From Haliotis cracherodii (lineage: Eukaryota): a DNA stretch of 64,000 nucleotides. This document shows, piece by piece, positions 13,101-27,599 of this stretch. The stretch lies in contig NW_027266275.1 of assembly GCF_022045235.1 (NCBI RefSeq), positions 38,316,001-38,380,000 of the forward strand, in the 5' to 3' direction. Positions within the stretch are counted from its first letter, which is position 1; every line of letters starts with the position of its first letter. A program made the position numbers and the translations under genes. Below the pieces are notes generated by a model that was not told where the DNA came from, searched no databases, and saw nothing but the letters and a program-made list of their open reading frames with translations.

Positions 13101-14351
13101 TACACTTTCAACAGTACGCGGGATTGTACGAGGGGACTTTCGTTGATTCAGGGATCGTATAAACATAAATGTGACATGTAAGTAATCAGATACATTCTGA
13201 TAGTCTATGTACTGTTATTTGTTGTCATAATTTTCATTGAAACAAACGGAAATAGTCAGAAATTCCGATAAATACCGTTGTCGTTGTGCGTGATTTTGCG
13301 TCAGTCATGGCGTCAACAAGAACGGTAACTTTGACAACTTCTGTTGAAAATATCAAATCATTGCAATGTATCTATTTGAAATTCCCTAATTCTTCTTACG
13401 ATTCTCTCCCCATGCATATTCTGAAAATGTTGAGCCAATATCTTGAACGAATAGACGAATGGATAGCTCAAAATAGGAGAATATGCTACACTGTAGAATC
13501 TGAATTTTGCTTTGTTTACATTTCAACCATGTGCAGTTTTTCGAGCACAGCGTTCGTTTTCACACCTAAATTATTTTGCTTAATTTCATCTAGCCACTTT
13601 GTATTGGTGACAAAGACCACTGGTCATTTGATTCTAAAATGTATGAGGAATTCAAGGATGTAGGTATAGCAGATAAGTTTGAAATATACTTGATGTTACA
13701 GGCGTCTCATAACCGGTGCACCTCAAACGTGTTTTTGTAAACACTATCCAATATGGCGAAAAGTTCACTTCGGCGTTCGTGTTTTCGTTTTTTCCAAAAC
13801 ATTCTAATCGATTCTCGGGTTATCGGAGACGTTTTGGAATGAACATTGGTGATTTCATAAAAGAAAGATACCCGTGATCACTAATATGCTATTTTTGAAA
13901 TTCATTTCTCCGAGTAAATATGCGAAATTTAGATTTCAAAACATGCTGTAAATAACGCCTTGAGTGGTGATTTAGTAATGTGTAAAAAATGGCGACATTT
14001 ACGATGTACCTAATTTTCAGAGGTCATGTTCAGTACTTTTGCTTCGCCTAAAATGCCAGTGGATGATATCACAGAACAGGGAATTTCACACCTTATTCAA
14101 AACTGTAAAGTGTAGTTGTGTGGGTGATGTATTTTGAATTTTATTCGACTTCAAAGTGAGGGCTGTAGAGGAGGGACATATATGTCCCTCTGGCATCCAG
14201 GGGGTAAGACAATTGCAAATGGCGGCCGCCATCTTCAGTCCCGATACTGCTGCCTAACAACGACCAATTTCACATCTAATTTAACATCTTAATACTGTTA
14301 AGTGGAATAATTGTGACCTTAAATACCTTGAATGTGAAGCCTTGTGTTCAT
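10196..14351 (-). CDS. Putative orphan protein, copy 4 (14351-14327, 10724-10645, 10465-10196), with a transposon in the modelled intron 1
   Basis: Same model. The 11039-14204 insertion lies between modelled exons and leaves them intact. Confidence 0.42.
11039..14204. mobile_element. Non-autonomous DNA transposon, piggyBac-like (3166 bp)
   Basis: Interrupts CAATTAAGAC, which is intact in the other 7 units. 13-bp TIRs CCCTCTGGATGCC / GGCATCCAGGGGG with 1 mismatch. Left flank TTAA, right flank TAA. Subterminal 20-bp palindrome at 14171-14190. No transposase ORF. Confidence 0.85.
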
Positions 14352-16112
14352 CTTGGAAGAAGGCACACTTGGAAAGATACAGCAGTGAGCGAAACGTAGA
14401 GGTCAGCGGAGCAAATGCGATCGTTTTTCTGTTGTAAACAGAAGGGACGTGGGTAACGGCAACGGTAACTACGTTACGGAGTTCGAGGACTCAGAACGAG
14501 GCTCATCGACAGCTTCCGGCGTGGTCAAGCCTAATGGCATTGCAGAGGCTGAAAACAGACGGGTTTATTTCGTCTGAACACCAGGCTTAAGTTGTAACTT
14601 ACAACTGAAACGTTGCATACATCAGTTTAGAGTTTGAAAAACGTGCTGGTGAAACTGGGTGTTTTTCGTGCCTCCATTACTCGGAACAGGGCGAATTTTG
14701 TTCATTTTCATATGGATCATCACTTGTAGACATTAACCTTAAACGTTGGCTGGGCCGAATAGCGATACCATATAAGAACCCTCTGTTATACCAGTCTTCA
14801 CAATACCTTTTACATTCGACAAACTGACACGGGCTAGTGGGCTAGTAAGAATGTGAGGGAGACTAGATATTTTTTCAGCTACGGATGCAAAACCAGTTAT
14901 AAACTATGAGCCTAAATAAAACTTTTCTTTAAAAAACACACACCTTGCAACAATTTATTTTTGGTGGCCGACATGTTCTTTTTGTTCAACAGTCTGAAGC
15001 ATAATTATTTTCCAATCAATTTCTGAGACAATTTATTTGTTTCTGATAAAATCCTTCCCACCCACACACTCACAGTCAGAGAAATCCAATTGTCCGTTCC
15101 ATTTTGAAAACGCTGATGTGGACGTACAGGGGACGAATTCAGACCCCTTCTATCATTTATGTATTTTTGTAGAATGCCAGATACGAATATTACGTCATAT
15201 TTGTATTAATCTACTCTTGCACACAAGTAGGTGTCAACATAGGCTTTTTACTTGCACCTGACCACAGCCTATGTATAAAAGCATGCCCTCTGCTTTTTCT
15301 GAAGATCACGGGCCAAAGGAACAGCAGTGAAGTCGATTTCTGGAAGGCCACAATGAAGAGACGAGTGGAATCCAATATTGTCTGGGGCGAAGGGAGATCA
15401 CTCTCAATCCCTTGTCCGACTACCGGTATTAGATGGTGAAGTGCTCGTAATATATCCTATGTGGCGACACTTGTGTTTTAGAGAAGAAAGGCAATTCTCG
15501 ATTCGAACTCCATCAATAGGAAGCCACAATCATTGTTTCATTAGAAAAGTTTAGCTAGTTAATTGGAATATTAAAATTCTTCAATAACAAAGTGTCCAAG
15601 AGAGCTATCCTCGGAAAATATCCCGTGTCACAATTGTCGCCACATAAAAATTTAGAAGTGTCAAATCTTAAGGTAGCCCCACCTATTCAGAAATCTTCTG
15701 CCGAGTACAGATCATGAAATTGGGACACAGCAGAACAGCAATATAGGGGCAACTTTCACTGATTAACAATATCCATATGAATTTATGTCTCATGTTCGGG
15801 AACCTTGGGATTTGGCCAGATGCCTATATTGCGATGCTGCTGTCGCCCAGATATTATTAGCTGTAAGGATGAAACACTGTAGACAAAACAGACAACTTGT
15901 GTATACATTACAGAAACATTTATTCAGATAACAGAAAGCCGAAAGTAATATGCCTCAAGAGAGATCCAAAAACGAGCCAAAATTGTATAGAACGTATAGT
16001 CTTGTGCGATTCTAATAAGCCAAGAGGTTTGCCGAAACGAAAGTGAAAGTTGGGCCAAAATGTATGTGCCTAAAAATACGCCAAAATGCACAAAGAGCGG
16101 TTATGTGGAAAG

Positions 16113-16160
<48 letters not shown>

Positions 16161-16673
16161 ACAGACATATATGTACTCGTTAATTCACTCTAACTCTCAT
16201 CTCTAACATACATACCTTCTTCCTCTCACACACACATACATACATACTCATTCAGTCAGTCACACACACAGACACACACACACACACACAGACACACACA
16301 CACACACATTAGCACACTAACACACTAACACGAACACATGCTCATTCAATCTTTCATTTACACTCACATACGCACACATACATACACACATGCTCATTCT
16401 CTCACTCACTCGAACACATTCAGACATTAAAAGGATAAGGAGTCTAAGAGAAGATCACACACACATTCATACATACTCATTCAGTCAGTCCATCACACAG
16501 ACACACATACACACAAACACACACTAACACACACACATACTAGCACACTTACACACTTACACGAACACATGCTCATTCAATCTTTCATTTACTCTCACAT
16601 ACGCACACATACATACACACATGCTCATTCACTCACTCACTCGAACACATTCAGCATTAAAAGGATAAGGAGT

Positions 16674-17660
16674 CTAAGAGAAGATCTTCCTAAAGAAGGC
16701 AGCAGCTCTCGTCAGCGCCTTTCTAAAGGGATGAATCTCTCTGTCATCCACAAAGCTGTGGTCGTCCTCGTCCTCGTACACCCAGTAGTCACTGTCATCG
16801 TCGTCACTTGGGGCAGGGTAGTGATCAGCGTGGTTAATGGTGACGGGGGCAGGGAGCGTCTCACCGTAGACAGGGCGGGCCCAGAACGGAGTGAAGACGC
16901 TCAGGGGGTCGGGACAACGGGAAGGGGACACAGCCAGGGAACGCTACACATCAGGGGGGTGGAAGGAGGGACAAAGGGAGGCATGTGAGACAGAATACGG
17001 GATACGTTTGCAAAGAAAACGAATCACAGTTTATTATAGGAACTGGGCAGACTTAATGTACAATAAAACAGGGGCTATAATAGAAGGAAGAAGTGACAGG
17101 GAGGGCATGTAAAACTACATACACAGTCGGACTCCTCATCCTGAGACGGCCATAAACTCACAGCCGCAGGAGTGCCATAATAGCGAATTATGTCCTCCCG
17201 AGCTGAAAAAGAAAAACGAAAGCTAGGTTCAGTTAAATGTACGCCGGCGGCTGCGTTTACAAAATCACAACTTACGTCTTCTGACAGCTACAATATGTCA
17301 TTAGACCTCGGCCTTTTGACAATGCGAATTTCAAGTGTATGTTGGCTTTACAGGCTGTGCTGCAATACCACCATTAACCAATAAAATGGGCCAAACAGAT
17401 GCTTTTCACGTAATACAGGTTATCTTACATCTGTACTACATCGCTCGACACTATAATGAACGAACAGGTTTCATCTAAGCACCACGTCATGTTTACAATC
17501 CAAATTTTTCAATTAAGACAATTGCAAATGGCGGCCGCCATCTTCAGTCCCGATACTGCTGCCTAACAACGACCAATTTCACATCTAATTTAACATCTTA
17601 ATACTGTTAAGTGGAATAATTGTGACCTTAAATACCTTGAATGTGAAGCCTTGTGTTCAT
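16674..17660 (-). CDS. Putative orphan protein, copy 5 (17660-17636, 17202-17123, 16943-16674)
   Basis: Same model, with a synonymous TTG->TTA change in the middle exon. Confidence 0.45.
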
Positions 17661-19979
17661 CTTGGAAGAAGGCACACTTGGAAAGATACAGCAGTGAGCG
17701 AAACGTAGAGGTCAGCGGAGCAAATGCGATCGTTTTTCTGTTGTAAACAGAAGGGACGTGGGTAACGGCAACGGTAACTACGTTACGGAGTTCGAGGACT
17801 CAGAACGAGGCTCATCGACAGCTTCCGGCGTGGTCAAGCCTAATGGCATTGCAGAGGCTGAAAACAGACGGGTTTATTTCGTCTGAACACCAGGCTTAAG
17901 TTGTAACTTACAACTGAAACGTTGCATACATCAGTTTAGAGTTTGAAAAACGTGCTGGTGAAACTGGGTGTTTTTCGTGCCTCCATTACTCGGAACAGGG
18001 CGAATTTTGTTCATTTTCATATGGATCATCACTTGTAGACATTAACCTTAAACGTTGGCTGGGCCGAATAGCGATACCATATAAGAACCCTCTGTTATAC
18101 CAGTCTTCACAATACCTTTTACATTCGACAAACTGACACGGGCTAGTGGGCTAGTAAGAATGTGAGGGAGACTAGATATTTTTTCAGCTACGGATGCAAA
18201 ACCAGTTATAAACTATGAGCCTAAATAAAACTTTTCTTTAAAAAACACACACCTTGCAACAATTTATTTTTGGTGGCCGACATGTTCTTTTTGTTCAACA
18301 GTCTGAAGCATAATTATTTTCCAATCAATTTCTGAGACAATTTATTTGTTTCTGATAAAATCCTTCCCACCCACACACTCACAGTCAGAGAAATCCAATT
18401 GTCCGTTCCATTTTGAAAACGCTGATGTGGACGTACAGGGGACGAATTCAGACCCCTTCTATCATTTATGTATTTTTGTAGAATGCCAGATACGAATATT
18501 ACGTCATATTTGTATTAATCTACTCTTGCACACAAGTAGGTGTCAACATAGGCTTTTTACTTGCACCTGACCACAGCCTATGTATAAAAGCATGCCCTCT
18601 GCTTTTTCTGAAGATCACGGGCCAAAGGAACAGCAGTGAAGTCGATTTCTGGAAGGCCACAATGAAGAGACGAGTGGAATCCAATATTGTCTGGGGCGAA
18701 GGGAGATCACTCTCAATCCCTTGTCCGACTACCGGTATTAGATGGTGAAGTGCTCGTAATATATCCTATGTGGCGACACTTGTGTTTTAGAGAAGAAAGG
18801 CAATTCTCGATTCGAACTCCATCAATAGGAAGCCACAATCATTGTTTCATTAGAAAAGTTTAGCTAGTTAATTGGAATATTAAAATTCTTCAATAACAAA
18901 GTGTCCAAGAGAGCTATCCTCGGAAAATATCCCGTGTCACAATTGTCGCCACATAAAAATTTAGAAGTGTCAAATCTTAAGGTAGCCCCACCTATTCAGA
19001 AATCTTCTGCCGAGTACAGATCATGAAATTGGGACACAGCAGAACAGCAATATAGGGGCAACTTTCACTGATTAACAATATCCATATGAATTTATGTCTC
19101 ATGTTCGGGAACCTTGGGATTTGGCCAGATGCCTATATTGCGATGCTGCTGTCGCCCAGATATTATTAGCTGTAAGGATGAAACACTGTAGACAAAACAG
19201 ACAACTTGTGTATACATTACAGAAACATTTATTCAGATAACAGAAAGCCGAAAGTAATATGCCTCAAGAGAGATCCAAAAACGGGCCAAAATTGTATAGA
19301 ACGTATAGTCTTGTGCGATTCTAATAAGCCAAGAGGTTTGCCGAAACGAAAGTGAAAGTTGGGCCAAAATGTATGTGCCTAAAAATACGCCAAAATGCAC
19401 AAAGAGCGGTTATGTGGAAAGGTACTCTCTCTCTCTCTCTTATACAGACATATATGTACTCGTTAATTCACTCTAACTCTCATCTCTAACANNNNNNNNN
19501 NNNNNNNNNNNNNNNNNNNNNNNNNNNNNNNNNNNNNNNNNNNNNNNNNNNNNNNNNNNNNNNNNNNNNNNNNNNNNNNNNNNNNNNNNNNNNNNNNNNN
19601 NNNNNNNNNNNNNNNNNNNCACTAACACACTAACACGAACACATGCTCATTCAATCTTTCATTTACACTCACATACGCACACATACATACACACATGCTC
19701 ATTCTCTCACTCACTCGAACACATTCAGACATTAAAAGGATAAGGAGTCTAAGAGAAGATCACACACACATTCATACATACTCATTCAGTCAGTCCATCA
19801 CACAGACACACATACACACAAACACACACACACACACACACACACTAGCACACTTACACACTTACACGAACACATGCTCATTCAATCTTTCATTTACTCT
19901 CACATACGCACACATACATACACACATGCTCATTCACTCACTCACTCGAACACATTCAGACATTAAAAGGATAAGGAGT

Positions 19980-20969
19980 CTAAGCGAAGATCTTCCTAAA
20001 GAAGGCAGCAGCTCTCGTCAGCGCCTTTCTAAAGGGATGAATCTCTCTGTCATCCACAAAGCTGTGGTCGTCCTCGTCCTCGTACACCCAGTAGTCACTG
20101 TCATCGTCGTCACTTGGGGCAGGGTAGTGATCAGCGTGGTTAATGGTGACGGGGGCAGGGAGCGTCTCACCGTAGACAGGGCGGGCCCAGAACGGAGTGA
20201 AGACGCTCAGGGGGTCGGGACAACGGGAAGGGGACACAGCCAGGGAACGCTACACATCAGGGGGGTGGAAGGAGGGACAAAGGGAGGCATGTGAGACAGA
20301 ATACGGGATACGTTTGCAAAGAAAACGAATCACAGTTTATTATAGGAACTGGGCAGACTTAATGTACAATAAAACAGGGGCTATAATAGAAGGAAGAAGT
20401 GACAGGGAGGGCATGTAAAACTACATACACAGTCGGACTCCTCATCCTGAGACGGCCACAAACTCACAGCCGCAGGAGTGCCATAATAGCGAATTATGTC
20501 CTCCCGAGCTGAAAAAGAAAAACGAAAGCTAGGTTCAGTTAAATGTACGCCGGCGGCTGCGGTTACAAAAATCACAACTTACGTCTTCTGACAGCTACAA
20601 TATGTCACTAGACCTCGGCCTTTTGACAATGCGAATTCCAAGTGCATGTGGGCTTTACAGGCTGTGCTGCAAGACCACCATTAACCAATAAAATGGGCCA
20701 AACAGCTGCTTTTCACGTAATACAGGTTATCTTACATCTGTACTACAAAGCTCGACACTATAATGAACGAACAGATTTCATCTAAGCACCACATGTCAAG
20801 TTTACAATCCAAATTTTTCAATTAAGACAATTGCAAATGGCGGCCGCCATCTTCAGTCCCGATACTGCTGCCTAACAACGACCAATTTCACATCTAATTT
20901 AACATCTTAATACTGTTAAGTGGAATAATTGTGACCTTAAATACCTTGAATGTGAAGCCTTGTGTTCAT
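19980..20969 (-). CDS. Putative orphan protein, copy 6 (20969-20945, 20508-20429, 20249-19980)
   Basis: Same model, with terminal S->A. Confidence 0.45.
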
Positions 20970-23294
20970 CTTGGAAGAAGGCACACTTGGAAAGATACAG
21001 CAGTGAGCGAAACGTAGAGGTCAGCGGAGCAAATGCGATCGTTTTTCTGTTGTAAACAGAAGGGACGTGGGTAACGGCAACGGTAACTACGTTACGGAGT
21101 TCGAGGACTCAGAACGAGGCTCATCGACAGCTTCCGGCGTGGTCAAGCCTAATGGCATTGCAGAGGCTGAAAACAGACGGGTTTATTTCGTCTGAACACC
21201 AGGCTTAAGTTGTAACTTACAACTGAAACGTTGCATACATCAGTTTAGAGTTTGAAAAACGTGCTGGTGAAACTGGGTGTTTTTCGTGCCTCCATTACTC
21301 GGAACAGGGCGAATTTTGTTCATTTTCATATGGATCATCACTTGTAGACATTAACCTTAAACGCTGGCTGGGCCGAATAGCGATACCATATAAGAACCCT
21401 CTGTTATACCAGCCTTCACAATACCTTTTACATTCGACAAACTGACACGGGCTAGTAAGAATGTGAGGGAGACTAGATATTTTTTCAGCTACGGATGCAA
21501 AACCAGTTATAAACTATGAGCCTAAATAAAACTTTTCTTTAAAAAACACACACCTTGCAACAATTTATTTTTGGTGGCCGACATGTTCTTTTTGTTCAAC
21601 AGTCTGAAGCATAATTATTTTCCAATCAATTTCTGAGACAATTTATTTGTTTCTGATAAAATCCTTCCCACCCACACACTCACAGTCAGAGAAATCCAAT
21701 TGTCCGTTCCATTTTGAAAACGCTGATGTGGACGTACAGGGGACGAATTCAGACCCCTTCTATCATTTATGTATTTTTGTAGAATGCCAGATACGAATAT
21801 TACGTCATATTTGTATTAATCTACTCTTGCATACAAGTAGGTGTCAACATAGGCTTTTTACTTGCACCTGACCACAGCCTATGTATAAAAGCATGCCCTC
21901 TGCTTTTTCTGAAGATCACGGGCCAAAGGAACAGCAGTGAAGTCGATTTCTGGAAGGCCACAATGAAGAGACGAGTGGAATCCAATATTGTCTGGGGCGA
22001 AGGGAGATCACTCTCAATCCCTTGTCCGACTACCGGTATTAGATGGTGAAGTGCTCGTAATATATCCTATGTGGCGACACTTGTGTTTTAGAGAAGAAAG
22101 GCAATTCTCGATTCGAACTCCATCAATAGGAAGCCACAATCATTGTTTCATTAGAAACGTTTAGCTAGTTAATTGGAATATTAAAATTCTTCAATAACAA
22201 AGTGTCCAAGAGAGCTATCCTCGGAAAATATCCCGTGTCACAATTGTCACCACATAAAAATTTAGAAGTGCCAAATCTTAAGGTAGCCCCACCTATTCAG
22301 AAATCTTCTGCCGAGTACAGATCATGAAATTGGGACACAGCAGAACAGCAATATAGGGGCAACTTTCACTGATTAACAATATCCATATGAATTTATGTCT
22401 CATGTTCGGGAACCTTGGGATTTGGCCAGATGCCTATATTGCGATGCTGCTGTCGCCCAGATATTATTAGCTGTAAGGATGAAACACTGTAGACAAAACA
22501 GACAACTTGTGTATACATTACAGAAACATTTATTCAGATAACAGAAAGCCGAAAGTAATATGCCTCAAGAGAGATCCAAAAACGGGCCAAAATTGTATAG
22601 AACGTATAGTCTTGTGCGATTCTAATAAGCCAAGAGATTTGCCGAAACGAAAGTGAAAGTTGGGCCAAAATGTATGTGCCTAAAAATACGCCAAAATGCA
22701 CAAAGAGCGGTTATGTGGAAAGGTACTCTCTCTCTCTCTCTCTCTTATACAGACATATATGTACTCGTTAATTCACTCTAACTCTCATCTCTAACANNNN
22801 NNNNNNNNNNNNNNNNNNNNNNNNNNNNNNNNNNNNNNNNNNNNNNNNNNNNNNNNNNNNNNNNNNNNNNNNNNNNNNNNNNNNNNNNNNNNNNNNNNNN
22901 NNNNNNNNNNNNNNNNNNNNNNNNCACTAATACACTAACACGAACACATGCTCATTCAATCTTTCATTTACACTCACATACGCACACATACATACACACA
23001 TGCTCATTCTCTCACTCACTCGAACACATTCAGACATTAAAAGGATAAGGAGTCTAAGAGAAGATCACACACACATTCATACATACTCATTCAGTCAGTC
23101 CATCACACAGACACACATACACACAAACACACACACACACACACTAACACACACACACACTAGCACACTTACACACTTACACGAACACATGCTCATTCAA
23201 TCTTTCATTTATTCTCACATACGCACACATACATACACACATGCTCATTCACTCACTCACTCGAACACATTCAGACATTAAAAGGATAAGGAGT

Positions 23295-24284
23295 CTAAGC
23301 GAAGATCTTCCTAAAGAAGGCAGCAGCTCTCGTCAGCGCCTTTCTAAAGGGATGAATCTCTCTGTCATCCACAAAGCTGTGGTCGTCCTCGTCCTCGTAC
23401 ACCCAGTAGTCACTGTCATCGTCGTCACTTGGGGCAGGGTAGTGATCAGCGTGGTTAATGGTGACGGGGGCAGGGAGCGTCTCACCGTAGACAGGGCGGG
23501 CCCAGAACGGAGTGAAGACGCTCAGGGGGTCGGGACAACGGGAAGGGGACACAGCCAGGGAACGCTACACATCGAGGGGGTGGAGAGAGGGACAAAGGGA
23601 GGCATGTGAGACAGAATACGGGATACGTTTGCAAAGAAAACGAATCACAGTTTATTATAGGGACTGGGCAGACTTAATGTACAATAAAACAGGGGCTATA
23701 ATAGAAGGAAGAAGTGACAGGGAGGGCATGTAAAACTACATACACAGTCGGACTCCTCATCCTGAGACGGCCACAAACTCACAGCCGCAGGAGTGCCATA
23801 ATAGCGAATTATGTCCTCCCGAGCTGAAAAAGAAAAACGAAAGCTAGGTTCAGTTAAATGTACGCCGGCGGCTGCGTTTACAAAAATCACAACTTACGTC
23901 TTCTGACAGCTACAATATGTCACTAGACCTCGGCCTTTTGACAATGCGAATTCCAAGTGTATGTGGGCTTTACAGGCTGTGCTGCAAGACCACCATTAAC
24001 CAATAAAATGGGCCAAACAGCTGCTTTTCACGTAATACAGGTTATCTTACATCTGTACTACAACGCTCGACACTATAATGAACGAACAGATTTCATCTAA
24101 GCACCACATGTCAAGTTTACAATCCAAATTTTTCAATTAAGACAATTGCAAATGGCGGCTGCCATCTTCAGTCCCGATACTGCTGCCTAACAACGACCAA
24201 TTTCACATCTAATTTAACATCTTAATACTGTTAAGTGGAATAATTGTGACCTTAAATACCTTGAATGTGAAGCCTTGTGTTCAT
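23295..24284 (-). CDS. Putative orphan protein, copy 7 (24284-24260, 23823-23744, 23564-23295)
   Basis: Same model, with terminal S->A. Confidence 0.45.
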
Positions 24285-26609
24285 CTTGGAAGAAGGCACA
24301 CTTGGAAAGATACAGCAGTGAGCGAAACGTAGAGGTCAGCGGAGCAAATGCGATCGTTTTTCTGTTGTAAACAGAAGGGACGTGGGTAACGGCAACGGTA
24401 ACTACGTTACGGAGTTCGAGGACTCAGAACGAGGCTCATCGACAGCTTCCGGCGTGGTCAAGCCTAATGGCATTGCAGAGGCTGAAAACAGACGGGTTTA
24501 TTTCGTCTGAACACCAGGCTTAAGTTGTAACTTACAACTGAAACGTTGCATACATCAGTTTAGAGTTTGAAAAACGTGCTGGTGAAACTGGGTGTTTTTC
24601 GTGCCTCCATTACTCGGAACAGGGCGAATTTTGTTCATTTTCATATGGATCATCACTTTTAGACATTAACCTTAAACGCTGGCTGGGCCGAATAGCGATA
24701 CCATATAAGAACCCTCTGTTATACCAGCCTTCACAATACCTTTTACATTCGACAAACTGACACGGGCTAGTAAGAATGTGAGGGAGACTAGATATTTTTT
24801 CAGCTACGGATGCAAAACCAGTTATAAACTATGAGCCTAAATAAAACTTTTCTTTAAAAAACACACACCTTGCAACAATTTATTTTTGGTGGCCGACATG
24901 TTCTTTTTGTTCAACAGTCTGAAGCATAATTATTTTCCAATCAATTTCTGAGACAATTTATTTGTTTCTGATAAAATCCTTCCCACCCACACACTCACAG
25001 TCAGAGAAATCCAATTGTCCGTTCCATTTTGAAAACGCTGATGTGGACGTACAGGGGACGAATTCAGACCCCTTCTATCATTTATGTATTTTTGTAGAAT
25101 GCCAGATACGAATATTACGTCATATTTGTATTAATCTACTCTTGCATACAAGTAGGTGTCAACATAGGCTTTTTACTTGCACCTGACCACAGCCTATGTA
25201 TAAAAGCATGCCCTCTGCTTTTTCTGAAGATCACGGGCCAAAGGAACAGCAGTGAAGTCGATTTCTGGAAGGCCACAATGAAGAGACGAGTGGAATCCAA
25301 TATTGTCTGGGGCGAAGGGAGATCACTCTCAATCCCTTGTCCGACTACCGGTATTAGATGGTGAAGTGCTCGTAATATATCCTATGTGGCGACACTTGTG
25401 TTTTAGAGAAGAAAGGCAATTCTCGATTCGAACTCCATCAATAGGAAGCCACAATCATTGTTTCATTAGAAACGTTTAGCTAGTTAATTGGAATATTAAA
25501 ATTCTTCAATAACAAAGTGTCCAAGAGAGCTATCCTCGGAAAATATCCCGTGTCACAATTGTCACCACATAAAAATTTAGAAGTGCCAAATCTTAAGGTA
25601 GCCCCACCTATTCAGAAATCTTCTGCCGAGTACAGATCATGAAATTGGGACACAGCAGAACAGCAATATAGGGGCAACTTTCACTGATTAACAATATCCA
25701 TATGAATTTATGTCTCATGTTCGGGAACCTTGGGATTTGGCCAGATGCCTATATTGCGATGCTGCTGTCGCCCAGATATTATTAGCTGTAAGGATGAAAC
25801 ACTGTAGACAAAACAGACAACTTGTGTATACATTACAGAAACATTTATTCAGATAACAAAAAGCCGAAAGTAATATGCCTCAAGAGAGATCCAAAAACGG
25901 GCCAAAATTGTATAGAACGTATAGTCTTGTGCGATTCTAATAAGCCAAGAGATTTGCCGAAACGAAAGTGAAAGTTGGGCCAAAATGTATGTGCCTAAAA
26001 ATACGCCAAAATGCACAAAGAGCGGTTATGTGGAAAGGTACTCTCTCTCTCTCTCTCTCTCTTATACAGACATATATGTACTCGTTAATTCACTCTAACT
26101 CTCATCTCTAACANNNNNNNNNNNNNNNNNNNNNNNNNNNNNNNNNNNNNNNNNNNNNNNNNNNNNNNNNNNNNNNNNNNNNNNNNNNNNNNNNNNNNNN
26201 NNNNNNNNNNNNNNNNNNNNNNNNNNNNNNNNNNNNNNNNNCACTAACACACTAACACGAACACATGCTCATTCAATCTTTCATTTACACTCACATACGC
26301 ACACATACATACACACATGCTCATTCTCTCACTCACTCGAACACATTCAGACATTAAAAGGATAAGGAGTCTAAGAGAAGATCACACACACATTCATACA
26401 TACTCATTCAGTCAGTCCATCACACAGACACACATACACACAAACACACACACACACACTAACACACACACACACTAGCACACTTACACACTTACACGAA
26501 CACATGCTCATTCAATCTTTCATTTATTCTCACATACGCACACATACATACACACATGCTCATTCACTCACTCACTCGAACACATTCAGACATTAAAAGG
26601 ATAAGGAGT

Positions 26610-27599
26610 CTAAGCGAAGATCTTCCTAAAGAAGGCAGCAGCTCTCGTCAGCGCCTTTCTAAAGGGATGAATCTCTCTGTCATCCACAAAGCTGTGGTCG
26701 TCCTCGTCCTCGTACACCCAGTAGTCACTGTCATCGTCGTCACTTGGGGCAGGGTAGTGATCAGCGTGGTTAATGGTGACGGGGGCAGGGAGCGTCTCAC
26801 CGTAGACAGGGCGGGCCCAGAACGGAGTGAAGACGCTCAGGGGGTCGGGACAACGGGAAGGGGACACAGCCAGGGAACGCTACACATCGAGGGGGTGGAG
26901 AGAGGGACAAAGGGAGGCATGTGAGACAGAATACGGGATACGTTTGCAAAGAAAACGAATCACAGTTTATTATAGGGACTGGGCAGACTTAATGTACAAT
27001 AAAACAGGGGCTATAATAGAAGGAAGAAGTGACAGGGAGGGCATGTAAAACTACATACACAGTCGGACTCCTCATCCTGAGACGGCCACAAACTCACAGC
27101 CGCAGGAGTGCCATAATAGCGAATTATGTCCTCCCGAGCTGAAAAAGAAAAACGAAAGCTAGGTTCAGTTAAATGTACGCCGGCGGCTGCGTTTACAAAA
27201 ATCACAACTTACGTCTTCTGACAGCTACAATATGTCACTAGACCTCGGCCTTTTGACAATGCGAATTCCAAGTGTATGTGGGCTTTACAGGCTGTGCTGC
27301 AAGACCACCATTAACCAATAAAATGGGCCAAACAGCTGCTTTTCACGTAATACAGGTTATCTTACATCTGTACTACAACGCTCGACACTATAATGAACGA
27401 ACAGATTTCATCTAAGCACCACATGTCAAGTTTACAATCCAAATTTTTCAATTAAGACAATTGCAAATGGCGGCTGCCATCTTCAGTCCCGATACTGCTG
27501 CCTAACAACGACCAATTTCACATCTAATTTAACATCTTAATACTGTTAAGTGGAATAATTGTGACCTTAAATACCTTGAATGTGAAGCCTTGTGTTCAT
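26610..27599 (-). CDS. Putative orphan protein, copy 8 (27599-27575, 27138-27059, 26879-26610)
   Basis: Same model, with terminal S->A. Confidence 0.45.

Noticed and set aside
11093-13663. Short ORFs inside the piggyBac-like element
   Set aside because: No DDD/DDE transposase motifs. They are AT-rich random-looking frames, often with non-ATG starts.
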